Assembly (NCBI GenBank): GCA_965212115.1
Contig: CBDBUR010000002.1
Location: 817,658-881,657 of the forward strand
Length of the DNA: 64,000 bases
DNA from: Alphaproteobacteria bacterium
GTDB taxonomy: Bacteria; Pseudomonadota; Alphaproteobacteria; JAPOUT01; G958296285
Direction: 5' to 3'
The translations under genes and the position numbers were made by a program. Of this stretch, positions 40,092 through 53,458 are shown piece after piece. The notes beneath the pieces are model-generated. The model was not told the origin of the DNA, searched no databases, and saw only the letters and a program-made list of their open reading frames with translations. How positions within the stretch are numbered: the first letter of the stretch is position 1; the number at the start of each line of letters is the position of its first letter.

Positions 40092-41108
40092 ATGGATTGG
40101 CGGCAAGGCCGACATAATTTAATCAGCGATGTTGAAGGGTTGCGCATTGGCCACGCGCATGACGAGAATTGCGCGAGCGGCGTGAGCGTGGTGCTGGCCG
40201 ATGACCGCGCGGTTGCGGCCTGTGATATTCGCGGCGGCGGTCCGGGCACGCGCGAAACCGATGCGCTGGCACCGGAGAATTTCGTTGATGCGGCGGATGG
40301 GATTTTTTTATCGGGCGGGTCGGTTTATGGACTGGCCGCCGGTTCGGCGATCACTGACTGGCTAGGCGCGCAGGACAAAGGCTTTCGGCTGATGGAGAAC
40401 GTCCCGCCCTCGCCGATCGTCGCGGGCGCAATTTTATTTGACCTCGCCAATGGCGGCGACAAAAATTGGGGCGAGACGCCGCCTTATTACAAGCTGGGCA
40501 AAAAAGCCTGCGCGGCGGCGGATGGCGGCGTTTTTGCTTTGGGCAATGTCGGCGCGGGGTTTGGCGCGCTGGCGGGCTCTGTGAAAGGCGGGCTGGGATC
40601 GGCGTCGGCGCTCATTGCTGGCGGCTATCAGGTCGGCGCTTTGGTTGCGGTCAATTCTTTCGGGGCGGTGGTCAAACCGGGGACGCAGCGCCTCTGGGCG
40701 GCTGACTATGAAGTCTTTGATGAAATGGGCGGCGTGGCCGATGACCGCAAGCCCGATATGCAGGATATTTTTGCCAACACCAAAATGGCGGCGGCGGCGC
40801 GACAAAATACGAGCCTCGCGGTGGTTGCGGTCAATGCGGATCTGACGCCCAGCGAGGCCAAACGCATCGCGATCATGGCGCAAGACGGCCTCGCGCGGGC
40901 GATCCGGCCTGCGCATTCTCCGTTTGATGGCGACAGCGTCTTTGTGCTCGCGACGGCGCGGCGGCCTCTTGACGGGGTCAGGGCTTTGGAGGTTGCGCGG
41001 CTTGGGGCGCTCGCGGCCGATTGCGTGAGTCGCGCGGTCGGGCGCGGCATCTGGACGGCGCAGAGCCTTAGAGGCTGGGTTTCATATCGTGAGTTTTATG
41101 GCCTATAA
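40092..41108 (+). CDS. P1/S58 family peptidase (DmpA-like)
   Basis: GGGPGTRETD, SGGSVYGL, GNVGAG, NTSLAVVA, HSPFDGD; AGGAG SD at 40081. Confidence 0.88.
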   Translation: MDWRQGRHNLISDVEGLRIGHAHDENCASGVSVVLADDRAVAACDIRGGGPGTRETDALAPENFVDAADGIFLSGGSVYGLAAGSAITDWLGAQDKGFRLMENVPPSPIVAGAILFDLANGGDKNWGETPPYYKLGKKACAAADGGVFALGNVGAGFGALAGSVKGGLGSASALIAGGYQVGALVAVNSFGAVVKPGTQRLWAADYEVFDEMGGVADDRKPDMQDIFANTKMAAAARQNTSLAVVAVNADLTPSEAKRIAIMAQDGLARAIRPAHSPFDGDSVFVLATARRPLDGVRALEVARLGALAADCVSRAVGRGIWTAQSLRGWVSYREFYGL

Positions 41109-41117
41109 GAATACAAC

Positions 41118-41195
41118 GCGCCCGTAGCTCAGTCGGATTAGAGCGGCGGTCTACGGAACCGCAGGTCGGGAGTTCGAGTCTCTCCGGGCGCGCCA
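41118..41195 (+). tRNA. tRNA-Arg(ACG)
   Basis: GCGCCCG/CGGGCGC acceptor stem, anticodon arm GCGGT-CTACGGA-ACCGC, TTCGAGT T-loop, encoded CCA. Confidence 0.96.
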
Positions 41196-41248
41196 CCAGA
41201 CTGCGTCTGGACTATTACTTTGAAACCGACCGACTTCGAGGTGTTGGC

Positions 41249-41275
41249 TGGCGGCTAGTCGCCATTTTTTCTTTT
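41249..41275 (+). terminator. Putative intrinsic terminator downstream of tRNA-Arg
   Basis: TGGCG-GCTAGT-CGCCA hairpin followed by TTTTTTCTTTT. Confidence 0.55.
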
Positions 41276-41295
41276 CATCATTTTATTCTAGAAAA

Positions 41296-41913
41296 CTATT
41301 CTGACTCTCTCTCTTCCATTTCCAATCTTAGTTCAGAAAGAATTTTACCTTCGTACATCCAATATTCAGGACCCGCTACCCCTTTTCCGCTGCCCCCTAG
41401 TCTTTTAAGTATTTTTGCTGCTGCAGCGCTCAATGAAGTTTCTCGCCCTTCAAACTTAATTCTATGATCATTAACAACTTCCGCTGTAATGTTTTCGTCT
41501 CTTGCGAAAGTAAGAATTGAGCTAGGTTTAATTTCAACGGTCGAGAATTTAAACTTAGAGCGTCTACTTGTTTCATGTTCCAGCGCTTCTGATTCCGACT
41601 GATCTTCAGCAACATCATCTTTTAGCGTAACTTCTTTCAGCTCAATCAGCTTAAGGATAGAAACAACTCTCTCTGGATTGATGCGAAAAAACTCTCTTCT
41701 CCGATTGATTCGATGATCGCCAAATGCGTCATGAATCTTTCTTTCTGCATTAGCGGCATTTTCAACCTCACAAGCATAGTGACACACAAAAGGAACAGGG
41801 ATACTCGTAGGACGAGATAATTCTCTTATTCTTTCAGGTAAATTTCTGGTAATTCCGATTTTAACCAAATCCGGCATAACCGGATTGGTGAGCAGATAAA
41901 CTATATTTGACAT
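41296..41913 (-). CDS. GIY-YIG (T5orf172/MUG113-like) nuclease with C-terminal RAMA-like domain; AT-rich islet
   Basis: IVYLL..VKIGIT..ER..L..E..IH..R..REFF; C-terminal RIKFEG..SLSAAA..GPEYW.YEG..LSELR; GGGAGG SD; visibly AT-rich. Confidence 0.8.
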   Translation of the reverse strand: MSNIVYLLTNPVMPDLVKIGITRNLPERIRELSRPTSIPVPFVCHYACEVENAANAERKIHDAFGDHRINRRREFFRINPERVVSILKLIELKEVTLKDDVAEDQSESEALEHETSRRSKFKFSTVEIKPSSILTFARDENITAEVVNDHRIKFEGRETSLSAAAAKILKRLGGSGKGVAGPEYWMYEGKILSELRLEMEERESE

Positions 41914-41980
41914 TGCAGTCCCTCCCTAAAACCTATGCAATATACCATCAATCTCTAATCCTATATAATAAAAACCCAAT

Positions 41981-42757
41981 ATGCCTGATCCAGTTCTTAT
42001 TGCGAAAATAACTTTGAGCCTCGCTTTGTTCGGGGCATTGTTCGCGCTCGAGAGGCGCTATGCCGCTTTGTTATGCAACCGGCTTTATGGTGCGACCCGC
42101 ATCATCAAAAATATGAGCTTTTGGGCGATCAATGCGGTGCTTTCGCCTTTGATTGTTCTGCCTCTATCCGCTCTGGCCGCCGCCAACGCTTTTTGGGAGG
42201 CACCGCAAACGATGGCGATGACGATGGCGGTGGCGCTCGTGCCGGTCCATATCATTTTGCTGGATTTATGGATTTATTTCTGGCATCGCGCCAACCATGA
42301 GTGGCCGTTTTTGTGGCGCTTCCACAAGACCCACCATATGGATGAGGCGCTGGACACAACGACCGCTCTGCGCTTTCATTTTGGCGAAGTGCTGCTTTCG
42401 GCGGCAGCGCGCGCTCCGGTCATTATGATTTTGGCGATCCCGCTTTCAACGATTATTTTATTTGAATCTTTGCTGCTGGCCTTCACTTTATTTCATCACA
42501 GCAATTGGCGGCTGCGCGCGAGGGTGGATATCTGGCTTGCCCGCATCATCATCACGCCGGAGCTGCACCGCATTCACCATCACCCCAAAACCGCCGACAC
42601 CAACAGCAATTACGGGACTTTATTTTCTTTCTGGGATCGCCTTTTTCAAACGCGCATTCATTACAGCGTGGATGAAGATCACGCCATCGGCGCGCAGGAC
42701 GAACGCGATGTCGCTCTGCTGTCTTTGTTGCGCTTGCCCTTCCGCAGGCAAAAATGA
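41981..42757 (+). CDS. Sterol desaturase / fatty-acid hydroxylase family membrane diiron enzyme
   Basis: His boxes HRANH, HKTHH, HHSN, HRIHH; NYG..WDRLF. Confidence 0.88.
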   Translation: MPDPVLIAKITLSLALFGALFALERRYAALLCNRLYGATRIIKNMSFWAINAVLSPLIVLPLSALAAANAFWEAPQTMAMTMAVALVPVHIILLDLWIYFWHRANHEWPFLWRFHKTHHMDEALDTTTALRFHFGEVLLSAAARAPVIMILAIPLSTIILFESLLLAFTLFHHSNWRLRARVDIWLARIIITPELHRIHHHPKTADTNSNYGTLFSFWDRLFQTRIHYSVDEDHAIGAQDERDVALLSLLRLPFRRQK

Positions 42758-42792
42758 TATAAATCTCACAGCAAGAAAGAAGGGGGAAACAA

Positions 42793-43797
42793 ATGACCGC
42801 ACAAATCCGCCCATTACCCGCCTATGACCAATTGCGCTACGATTGGACGCGCGCAGAAGCGCGCCACTTGATTGCGCGGCCATTCAATGACTTGATTTTT
42901 GAAGCGCAGGTCAGGCATCGGCATTTTTATCCCGCCAATGCGGTGCAAAAGAGCACTTTGCTTTCAATCAAGACCGGCGGCTGTCCGGAGGATTGCGCCT
43001 ATTGCGCGCAGTCGGCAAAGTTTTCAACCGGCATCAAAGCGACTAAATTGATGGATTCTGACGCGGTCATCAAAGATGCGCACGCCGCCAAAGCGGCCGG
43101 CGCGACTCGCTATTGCATGGGCGCGGCGTGGCGCGAGGTTAAAGACCGCGATATGGACGAATTGTGCGAAATGGTTGCCGGTGTCAAAGAGTTGGGCATG
43201 GAGAGCTGCATGACTTTGGGCATGCTGACCAAAGATCAGGCCCAAAGACTCAAACAAGCGGGGTTGGATTATTACAATCACAATATCGACACCAGCCCCG
43301 ATTTTTACAGCAAGATCATCACGACGCGCACTTTCCAAGACCGCCTTGAGACGCTCGCGCATTTGCGCGACGCCGACATCAATGTGTGCTGCGGCGGCAT
43401 TATCGGGCTGGGCGAGGCGGTTGAGGATCGCGCTGATATGCTTATGACTTTGGCCAATCTGCCGGTTCATCCGCAATCGGTGCCGATCAACATGCTGATC
43501 GCGATCAAAGGCACCGCGCTTGACGATCAAAAGCCCGTTGATCCGATTGATTTCGCACGCGTGATTGCGACAGCGCGCATCATGATGTCGGCATCGGTCG
43601 TGCGCATTGCGGCGGGACGCGAAAATATGAGCGATGAAACCCAAGCGCTCTGTTTTCTTGCGGGCGCCAATTCCATTTTCATCGGCGACCGGCTGCTGAC
43701 CGCAAAAAATCCCGGCCTGTCCAAAGACGAAGCCCTGCTTGACCGCCTCGGGCTCAAAGACCTGCCTGCCCATCACAGCCCTGCTGAAATTAGATGA
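42793..43797 (+). CDS. bioB: Biotin synthase
   Basis: Radical [32 protein letters not shown]. Confidence 0.96.
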   Translation: MTAQIRPLPAYDQLRYDWTRAEARHLIARPFNDLIFEAQVRHRHFYPANAVQKSTLLSIKTGGCPEDCAYCAQSAKFSTGIKATKLMDSDAVIKDAHAAKAAGATRYCMGAAWREVKDRDMDELCEMVAGVKELGMESCMTLGMLTKDQAQRLKQAGLDYYNHNIDTSPDFYSKIITTRTFQDRLETLAHLRDADINVCCGGIIGLGEAVEDRADMLMTLANLPVHPQSVPINMLIAIKGTALDDQKPVDPIDFARVIATARIMMSASVVRIAAGRENMSDETQALCFLAGANSIFIGDRLLTAKNPGLSKDEALLDRLGLKDLPAHHSPAEIR

Positions 43798-44441
43798 GTG
43801 GCAAAAATTTTCGCGCCGTGCTCTGGGATTTTGGCGGCGTATTCACGACAAGCCCGTTTGAAGCGTTCAACCTTTTTGAGGCACAAAATAATCTGCCGGA
43901 TAATTTTCTGCGCTCCATCAATGCCAGCAATCCCGACAATAACGCTTGGGCTCTGCTTGAGCGCAGTGAAATCACTTTGGATGAATTTGATCAAAAATTC
44001 GCCGCAGAAAGCCGGACGCGCGGCCATGAAGTGCCGGGCCGCGATGTGATCGCCTTGCTGTCGGGGGCTTTGCGTCCTGAAATGGTGGAAGCGCTCAAGA
44101 AATGCCGCGCGGCGGGTTTGGCGACCGGCTGCATCACGAATAATGTCCGCCAAAATGATAATGCCGCCGCTGATGTCGCGCCCAATAATATGGGCTTCGT
44201 GTTTGATCTCTTTGACCATGTGATCGAATCGTCCAAAGTCGGCCTGCGCAAGCCTGATCCGAAAATCTATCTGATGGCCTGCGACGCGCTCAACATTGAG
44301 CCTCATCAGGCGGTCTATTTGGATGATTTAGGCATCAATCTCAAACCGGCGCGCGCACTCGGCATGACGACGATCAAAGTCGTCGGCGTTGATCAGGCTT
44401 TAAGCGAATTGGAAAAAACTTTAGATCTTGTTTTACGCTAA
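43794..44441 (+). CDS. HAD-IA family hydrolase (epoxide hydrolase N-terminal-like)
   Basis: [27 protein letters not shown]. Confidence 0.85.
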   Translation: MSGKNFRAVLWDFGGVFTTSPFEAFNLFEAQNNLPDNFLRSINASNPDNNAWALLERSEITLDEFDQKFAAESRTRGHEVPGRDVIALLSGALRPEMVEALKKCRAAGLATGCITNNVRQNDNAAADVAPNNMGFVFDLFDHVIESSKVGLRKPDPKIYLMACDALNIEPHQAVYLDDLGINLKPARALGMTTIKVVGVDQALSELEKTLDLVLR

Positions 44442-44451
44442 AACACGCCCG

Positions 44452-47070
44452 CTAATGCGACACCGCGCTGCTGGGCGGCTTGATTTGACCGCGGCGCGGC
44501 ACGACCATATCCATCACGACGGCCAGACAAGGCAGAGCGGTGATGGTCATAATCATATTGGTCATGAACATGAAGGTCAGCAGCAGCCCCATATCGGCTT
44601 GGAACTTCAGGCCTGAAAAAGCCCAAGTGGAGACGCCAATCGCCATTGTGACCGCGGTAAACACGACGGCCATGCCGGTTTCCTCGAGCGTCAGACGATA
44701 GCTCTGGGTGATGTCAAAGCCTTCGGACAGATGAAACTGGATGCGATTATAGATGTAAAACGCATAATCGACGCCCAGCCCGACCGCAAGCACCATGACC
44801 GGCAAAGTTGAGATGGTCAATCCGATTTCGAGCGTTTCCATGAACCAATAGCCCAAGAAGGTCGCCATGGTGAGCGGCAGACAGCAAGCGATCACTGCGC
44901 GCCAGTCGCGATAGGTCAGCACGACAAGCGCGATGATCGCGATATAGACATAGACCAGCATGGGCAATTCGCTTTCTTCGACTTCTTCATCGATGGCGGC
45001 TTGCACGCCCATATTGCCTCCGGCCAATCTGATTTTGACGCCTGCATCTTCGCTTGTTGTGATGGGCACATTTTTTGCCTTGAGGTCAGAGACGATATTT
45101 TCGGCTGACGTTTGATCTGCATCATAGGTAATAATGATTTTGTTGTCGGTATCACGATAGACGGCCATGATGATGTCGATCGGCAAGTTGTCGGGCACTT
45201 GTCCGAGCGGCTCTTGAGTGGCGAGGGCGACATCGCGATAGGATGAGGGCTGTTCGGTGCGGAATTTTTTTATTCCGTTGATGACTTTCTGGATGGTTTT
45301 GGCTTTAGCGTCTTTGAGGAAGACCAGTTGGGTGAGGAATCGGCAATCGGGACTATAGAGTCCGGAGCCTCGCGGCGGGATCACATTGACGGCCTGCACG
45401 AGCGAATAGCGATTGCGCGGGATGGAGCGCCATTTGAGATTGCCTTCGCTCCATCCGGCGGCGGTCTGTTTGGAGACATAAGGAACAGACAAAACGAGCG
45501 ATACGCCTTCAATGTTATCGATATGCCAAGAGAGACGATCGAGATAGTTCAGGTAGGGATATTTGATGCAGGCTTCGCGCGGGGTTTCGACGATGACGGT
45601 CAGGAGATTGAGTCCCAGCGCGAATTTATCGGCAATTTCGCGGCTATCGACGTTGTAGCGGGCATCGGGTCGCAGTTCGGGGGAGCCGGGGTGGAGCGCG
45701 CCAACATGGCGGTTTTGGCTTTCAATGACAGCAGCAGCAAAAATAACGAAGATGATGGCCAACCCAATAGGCGCAACACGCGGATTGGCGATGAAACCCA
45801 AAGAACGCATGATTTTAAGCCGGAAGTCGCGCGCACGAGCGACTCTGGCAGAGAAATCGTCGCCGAATCTGAAAAGGCTGACGAGCAAAGGCAGCATGAT
45901 CAGATTAGTGACGATTTTGAGCGCGACGCCGATCGAGGCGACGACGGACAATTCTTTAATCATTGGGATATCAATGATGTAAAGCGTTCCGAATCCGACG
46001 AGGTCGGTGATGAGCGCCATAGAACCCGGGATCAAAAGCCCTGAAAAAGAAGCGCGCGCAGCTTCTTCGCTGGATTTGCCCAAGCCGATTTGCGCGGTGA
46101 TGAGATTGATCTGCTGGACGCCATGACTGACGCCGATGGCAAAAATTAAAAACGGCACCAGGATCGCAAGCGGATCGAGTCCATAGCCAAGGAAGTGCAA
46201 AATCCCAAACTGCCAGACCACTGAAACCAAAGAGCAGGAAAGCGTGACAAAAGACAAAATAATCGAGCGCGCATAAAGATAGAGCGCCAAAGTTGTGAGT
46301 AAAAAGGCAGTTGTAAAGAAAAATTGCACAACGCCATATTGATCGAGCAGGCGCTCAAGCAAAGGCGCGTCATCGGGAGGGTCATAGACATCCGCACCCG
46401 CTTTGTCGCCAATATCGCCGATCAGCTTAGCAAAGCCGATAATAAGGATTTTATATTTATCATTTTCAAACTTGGCGCGGATTTTTTCTTCGAGCTTGGC
46501 GGCAAGATCAAAGTAATCCAATCTTTCGAGGGTTTTTGGATCGCGTTCGAGCAGTTCAGCGATGACCATCGCGGAGGCGAATTTCTCGCCGACAAGCCGT
46601 CCAACAAAATTGCCGCGGATGACATTATTTTCGATGCGCTTGAGGGCATCATCATCCATATTGCCCAAAGTGATCGTGCCTGGGATCACATCATCGGCAT
46701 TGATGCCCTCTTCGGTAATTTCGAGGTAGCGCGTATTGGGCGTCCACAAAGAGGTGACCGTATGGCGCGCGACGCCGGGCAGATAGAAAATCTCGTCGGT
46801 GAGCTGTTTATAAGCACGGAAGAAATCCTGATTCCAGATCGTCCCCTCACGAGTTTGCAGCACAACGATAATTCGATTGGAGCCAAATAATTGCTCGCGA
46901 TATTGCTGGAAGGTTTGAATATATTCGTGATCGGTGGGCAGTCTTTTTTCAAACCCGGCGTCGAGATGCAATCCTGTCGCCTGATAACCGGCATAAACCG
47001 TAAAGGCAAGCAAGCTGACAAGAATAACCCCGCGCAAACGAAAAATGATGTTTTCAAGCAATTTAACCAT
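44452..47070 (-). CDS. RND-superfamily MMPL-type transporter
   Basis: Two TM repeats, AIGVSHGVQ and GLGVDYAFY motifs, two periplasmic loops; GAGAGGGG SD. Confidence 0.85.
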   Translation of the reverse strand: MVKLLENIIFRLRGVILVSLLAFTVYAGYQATGLHLDAGFEKRLPTDHEYIQTFQQYREQLFGSNRIIVVLQTREGTIWNQDFFRAYKQLTDEIFYLPGVARHTVTSLWTPNTRYLEITEEGINADDVIPGTITLGNMDDDALKRIENNVIRGNFVGRLVGEKFASAMVIAELLERDPKTLERLDYFDLAAKLEEKIRAKFENDKYKILIIGFAKLIGDIGDKAGADVYDPPDDAPLLERLLDQYGVVQFFFTTAFLLTTLALYLYARSIILSFVTLSCSLVSVVWQFGILHFLGYGLDPLAILVPFLIFAIGVSHGVQQINLITAQIGLGKSSEEAARASFSGLLIPGSMALITDLVGFGTLYIIDIPMIKELSVVASIGVALKIVTNLIMLPLLVSLFRFGDDFSARVARARDFRLKIMRSLGFIANPRVAPIGLAIIFVIFAAAVIESQNRHVGALHPGSPELRPDARYNVDSREIADKFALGLNLLTVIVETPREACIKYPYLNYLDRLSWHIDNIEGVSLVLSVPYVSKQTAAGWSEGNLKWRSIPRNRYSLVQAVNVIPPRGSGLYSPDCRFLTQLVFLKDAKAKTIQKVINGIKKFRTEQPSSYRDVALATQEPLGQVPDNLPIDIIMAVYRDTDNKIIITYDADQTSAENIVSDLKAKNVPITTSEDAGVKIRLAGGNMGVQAAIDEEVEESELPMLVYVYIAIIALVVLTYRDWRAVIACCLPLTMATFLGYWFMETLEIGLTISTLPVMVLAVGLGVDYAFYIYNRIQFHLSEGFDITQSYRLTLEETGMAVVFTAVTMAIGVSTWAFSGLKFQADMGLLLTFMFMTNMIMTITALPCLAVVMDMVVPRRGQIKPPSSAVSH

Positions 47071-47156
47071 GATTTCCCCTCTCAAGCCTCCCCGACTTTT
47101 AAAAACTCCCCATTTTTGCGCCAAAAAAACCTAAAAAGCAAGACTTTTAGCTCTCA

Positions 47157-47185
47157 TTGCCCTCAGGCGACAAAAAAACTATAAT
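47157..47185 (+). promoter_or_regulatory. Sigma70-type promoter of the ferritin-like gene
   Basis: TTGCCC-17 bp-TATAAT, then AAGGAGG SD at 47201. Confidence 0.65.
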
Positions 47186-47213
47186 GCCACCACCAATTAC
47201 AAGGAGGATATCT

Positions 47214-48344
47214 ATGAGCACGAGACAAATCACCAAAGATGAAGCCTATGAAGCTGTCGACCCGTCTGATTTTGAGGCCATGATCGAAGTCGATCGCTAC
47301 GGCAAGCGTTCGACTGCTTTCGACAAGATCATTTCGGCGACCCATGACCATTTCTGGGATCCGCTCGATAAGAAATATGTTGACTTCACCCAGCCCTTTG
47401 ACCTCACCAGCGAAATGCTGATGCCCGAAGAGATGATTTTGGAATTGCAGCTGCCCTGCGCAAAAAAATTGCCGAGAGAAAAACAAATTCTCCTCGCCAA
47501 CCAGAGCACACGCTGGGCTTTGAGCAATATCCTGCATGGCGAACAAGGCGCTTTGGCTTTATCGGCGAGCCTGTGTCATATTCTCAAAGACCCGGGCGCG
47601 CAGGAATATGCCGCCAACCAAACACGCGAAGAGGCGCGCCATGTCACGGGCTTCAGCTTCTATATTCAAGAGCGCTGGGGCAAGCCTCTGCCGTGCGGCG
47701 CGACATTGGCCGGACTGCTGGTTGAGATCGTTAATGCCAAAGAAGTTTATAAGAAACTCGTCGGCATGCAGATGCTCATTGAAGGGCTTGCAATGGGCGC
47801 GTTCGCGACATTTTACCGCCATACCTATGATCCATTGCTGAAGAAGCTCATGCAATTGGTGATGACCGATGAGGCGTTTCATCATAAGTTCGGCAAAATC
47901 TGGGCCGATCGAACTATCCCCAAGCTCAACGAAGATGAACGCAACCTCATCGAAGATTGGGCCGCGCATTGTTTTCAGACTTTGCTGTTTAATCTGGTCA
48001 ATCCTGAGCAGAAAAAGATCATCTATGCGCCGCTCGGCCTTGACTGGAACGTCGTCCATGATGAAATGCGCGAAGCCTTTGGCGACGAAAAACGCCGCGA
48101 AAACATGAGAGAAAGCACGAATATTTTCCGCGTGCTGGTTAAGACGCTGCTGAATGCGGGCATCATCACCTCGCGCACGAGCGATTTTTATGCGACCTAT
48201 GTTGATCTCGACGAGCTCGAAAGCGAAGGCGATCACATGGTCGGCGATGATATTGCCGAAGAGGGGATTCAATATCTCCAGACGATCAACTTCAACACGC
48301 GCCGCGACGCGCTCAAAGAAGTTGCGGCGTCAGCGGCTGAATAA
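47214..48344 (+). CDS. Ferritin-like diiron protein (AurF/acyl-desaturase-like fold)
   Basis: HGEQGAL, EEARH, IEGLA, DEAFHH carboxylate-diiron ligands. Confidence 0.8.
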   Translation: MSTRQITKDEAYEAVDPSDFEAMIEVDRYGKRSTAFDKIISATHDHFWDPLDKKYVDFTQPFDLTSEMLMPEEMILELQLPCAKKLPREKQILLANQSTRWALSNILHGEQGALALSASLCHILKDPGAQEYAANQTREEARHVTGFSFYIQERWGKPLPCGATLAGLLVEIVNAKEVYKKLVGMQMLIEGLAMGAFATFYRHTYDPLLKKLMQLVMTDEAFHHKFGKIWADRTIPKLNEDERNLIEDWAAHCFQTLLFNLVNPEQKKIIYAPLGLDWNVVHDEMREAFGDEKRRENMRESTNIFRVLVKTLLNAGIITSRTSDFYATYVDLDELESEGDHMVGDDIAEEGIQYLQTINFNTRRDALKEVAASAAE

Positions 48345-48402
48345 AAGCTGAATAATTGAAGCGGGAATAAATTTTAAAAGCTCCGGTCTTTGGCCGAAGC
48401 TT

Positions 48403-52179
<3,777 letters not shown>

Positions 52180-52180
<1 letters not shown>

Positions 52181-53331
52181 CAGACGCGCATAGGCATCAG
52201 CACATAAAGTGTGCTGGCGTGATTTTCATTTTGAGACTCTTGCTGCGAGTCATCATGCAGCACGGCAGCAACATCAGCAGAAGCCATTTCGATGCGCACT
52301 TTTTTGCCGATGCGCTCGGTGATATCGAGCAGGAAGTCGGGATTAAATCCGATTTCGATCGGTTCGCTGCCATAATCGACATCGATATCCTCATGAGCCG
52401 AGCCGCGCCCTGAACATACGCCCGACAAAGAAAGCTTTTTCTTTTCGAGCGCGAGCTTGATCAAAGGGGTGCTCATCGGCGGCGGATCGACAAACACCGC
52501 ATTGACGCGGCGCAAAGCGAGAGTCAAATCTTCATTGGCGATGGTCAAAATTTTATCATTCTGTTCAGGAATGATGCGCGCATAATCGGGGAAAGAGCCA
52601 TCGATGATTTTTGATGTCAGAGTCATGCCTTCGCAGGAATAGCAGGTCATGGTCTTTGAAAGGCTGATGGTGACGAGCTCTTCGCTATTTTCGATGAAGC
52701 GATGCAGCTCAGCGACAGTCTTGCGTGGCACGATGACGCCAGGCAAAGCATCAGCGCCTTCGGGCAGTTTGACATCGCATAGAGCGAGGCGGTAGCCGTC
52801 TGTGGCGACGGCGCGCAGCACATCTTTGGGTTTTTTGGGCTGATGGAAATAGATGCCGTTGAGGTAATAGCGGCCTTCATCGGTGGAAATGGCAAAGCGC
52901 GTTTTTTCGATCAGATCGCGCAGCGAGGCTGCGGGCAAAGTAAATTCATGGGGAAACGTCCCTGAAGTAAAATCGGGGAACTCGTCGGCAGACAAAGTAT
53001 GCAGCGAGAAGCGCGCTTTGCCCGCTTTGAGAGAGAGCTGGCCATCTTCGCCAAGGGTCAGGTCGATCTGCGCGCCTTCGGGCAGCGCGCGGATGATGCC
53101 AAAAAGCAATTGGGCAGGCACGGTGATCCGCCCGGCTTCGGTGACGACCGCGGGCAGGCTGCTTTTGACCTGCATTTCGAGATCGGTGGTGGTGAGGGTG
53201 CATATATTATCGGCGGCTTCGATCATCACATGGCTGAGGATTTGAACAGAGGTGTGTTTTTGTCCGGTGCCGATGGCCTGCACGGTGCCCAAAGCTTTGA
53301 TCAGTGCGCTATGTTCGACGGTGATTTTCAT
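52180..53331 (-). CDS. dnaN: DNA polymerase III beta clamp
   Basis: TTDLE, RYYLNG, VATDGYRLA, FPDY, VLMPMRV. Confidence 0.95.
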
Positions 53332-53432
53332 TTTTGTTGTGCGTCCGGTTTATTGAGATGAGGGATTTGATTCGTTTTTTTGTGATTTTGCCATGAATAG
53401 CGGCCAATGGCGAGAGCTAGAATGTTTTCGAG

Positions 53433-53458
53433 TTAAAATTGAACATTAAAATTGAACA
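53433..53458. repeat. Exact 13-bp tandem duplication covering the dnaA stop codon
   Basis: TTAAAATTGAACA at 53433 and 53446. Confidence 0.9.

Noticed and set aside
41196-41980. Integrative element or prophage at tRNA-Arg
   Set aside because: No integrase and no duplicated tRNA 3' end (att) seen; reported only as a single-gene islet
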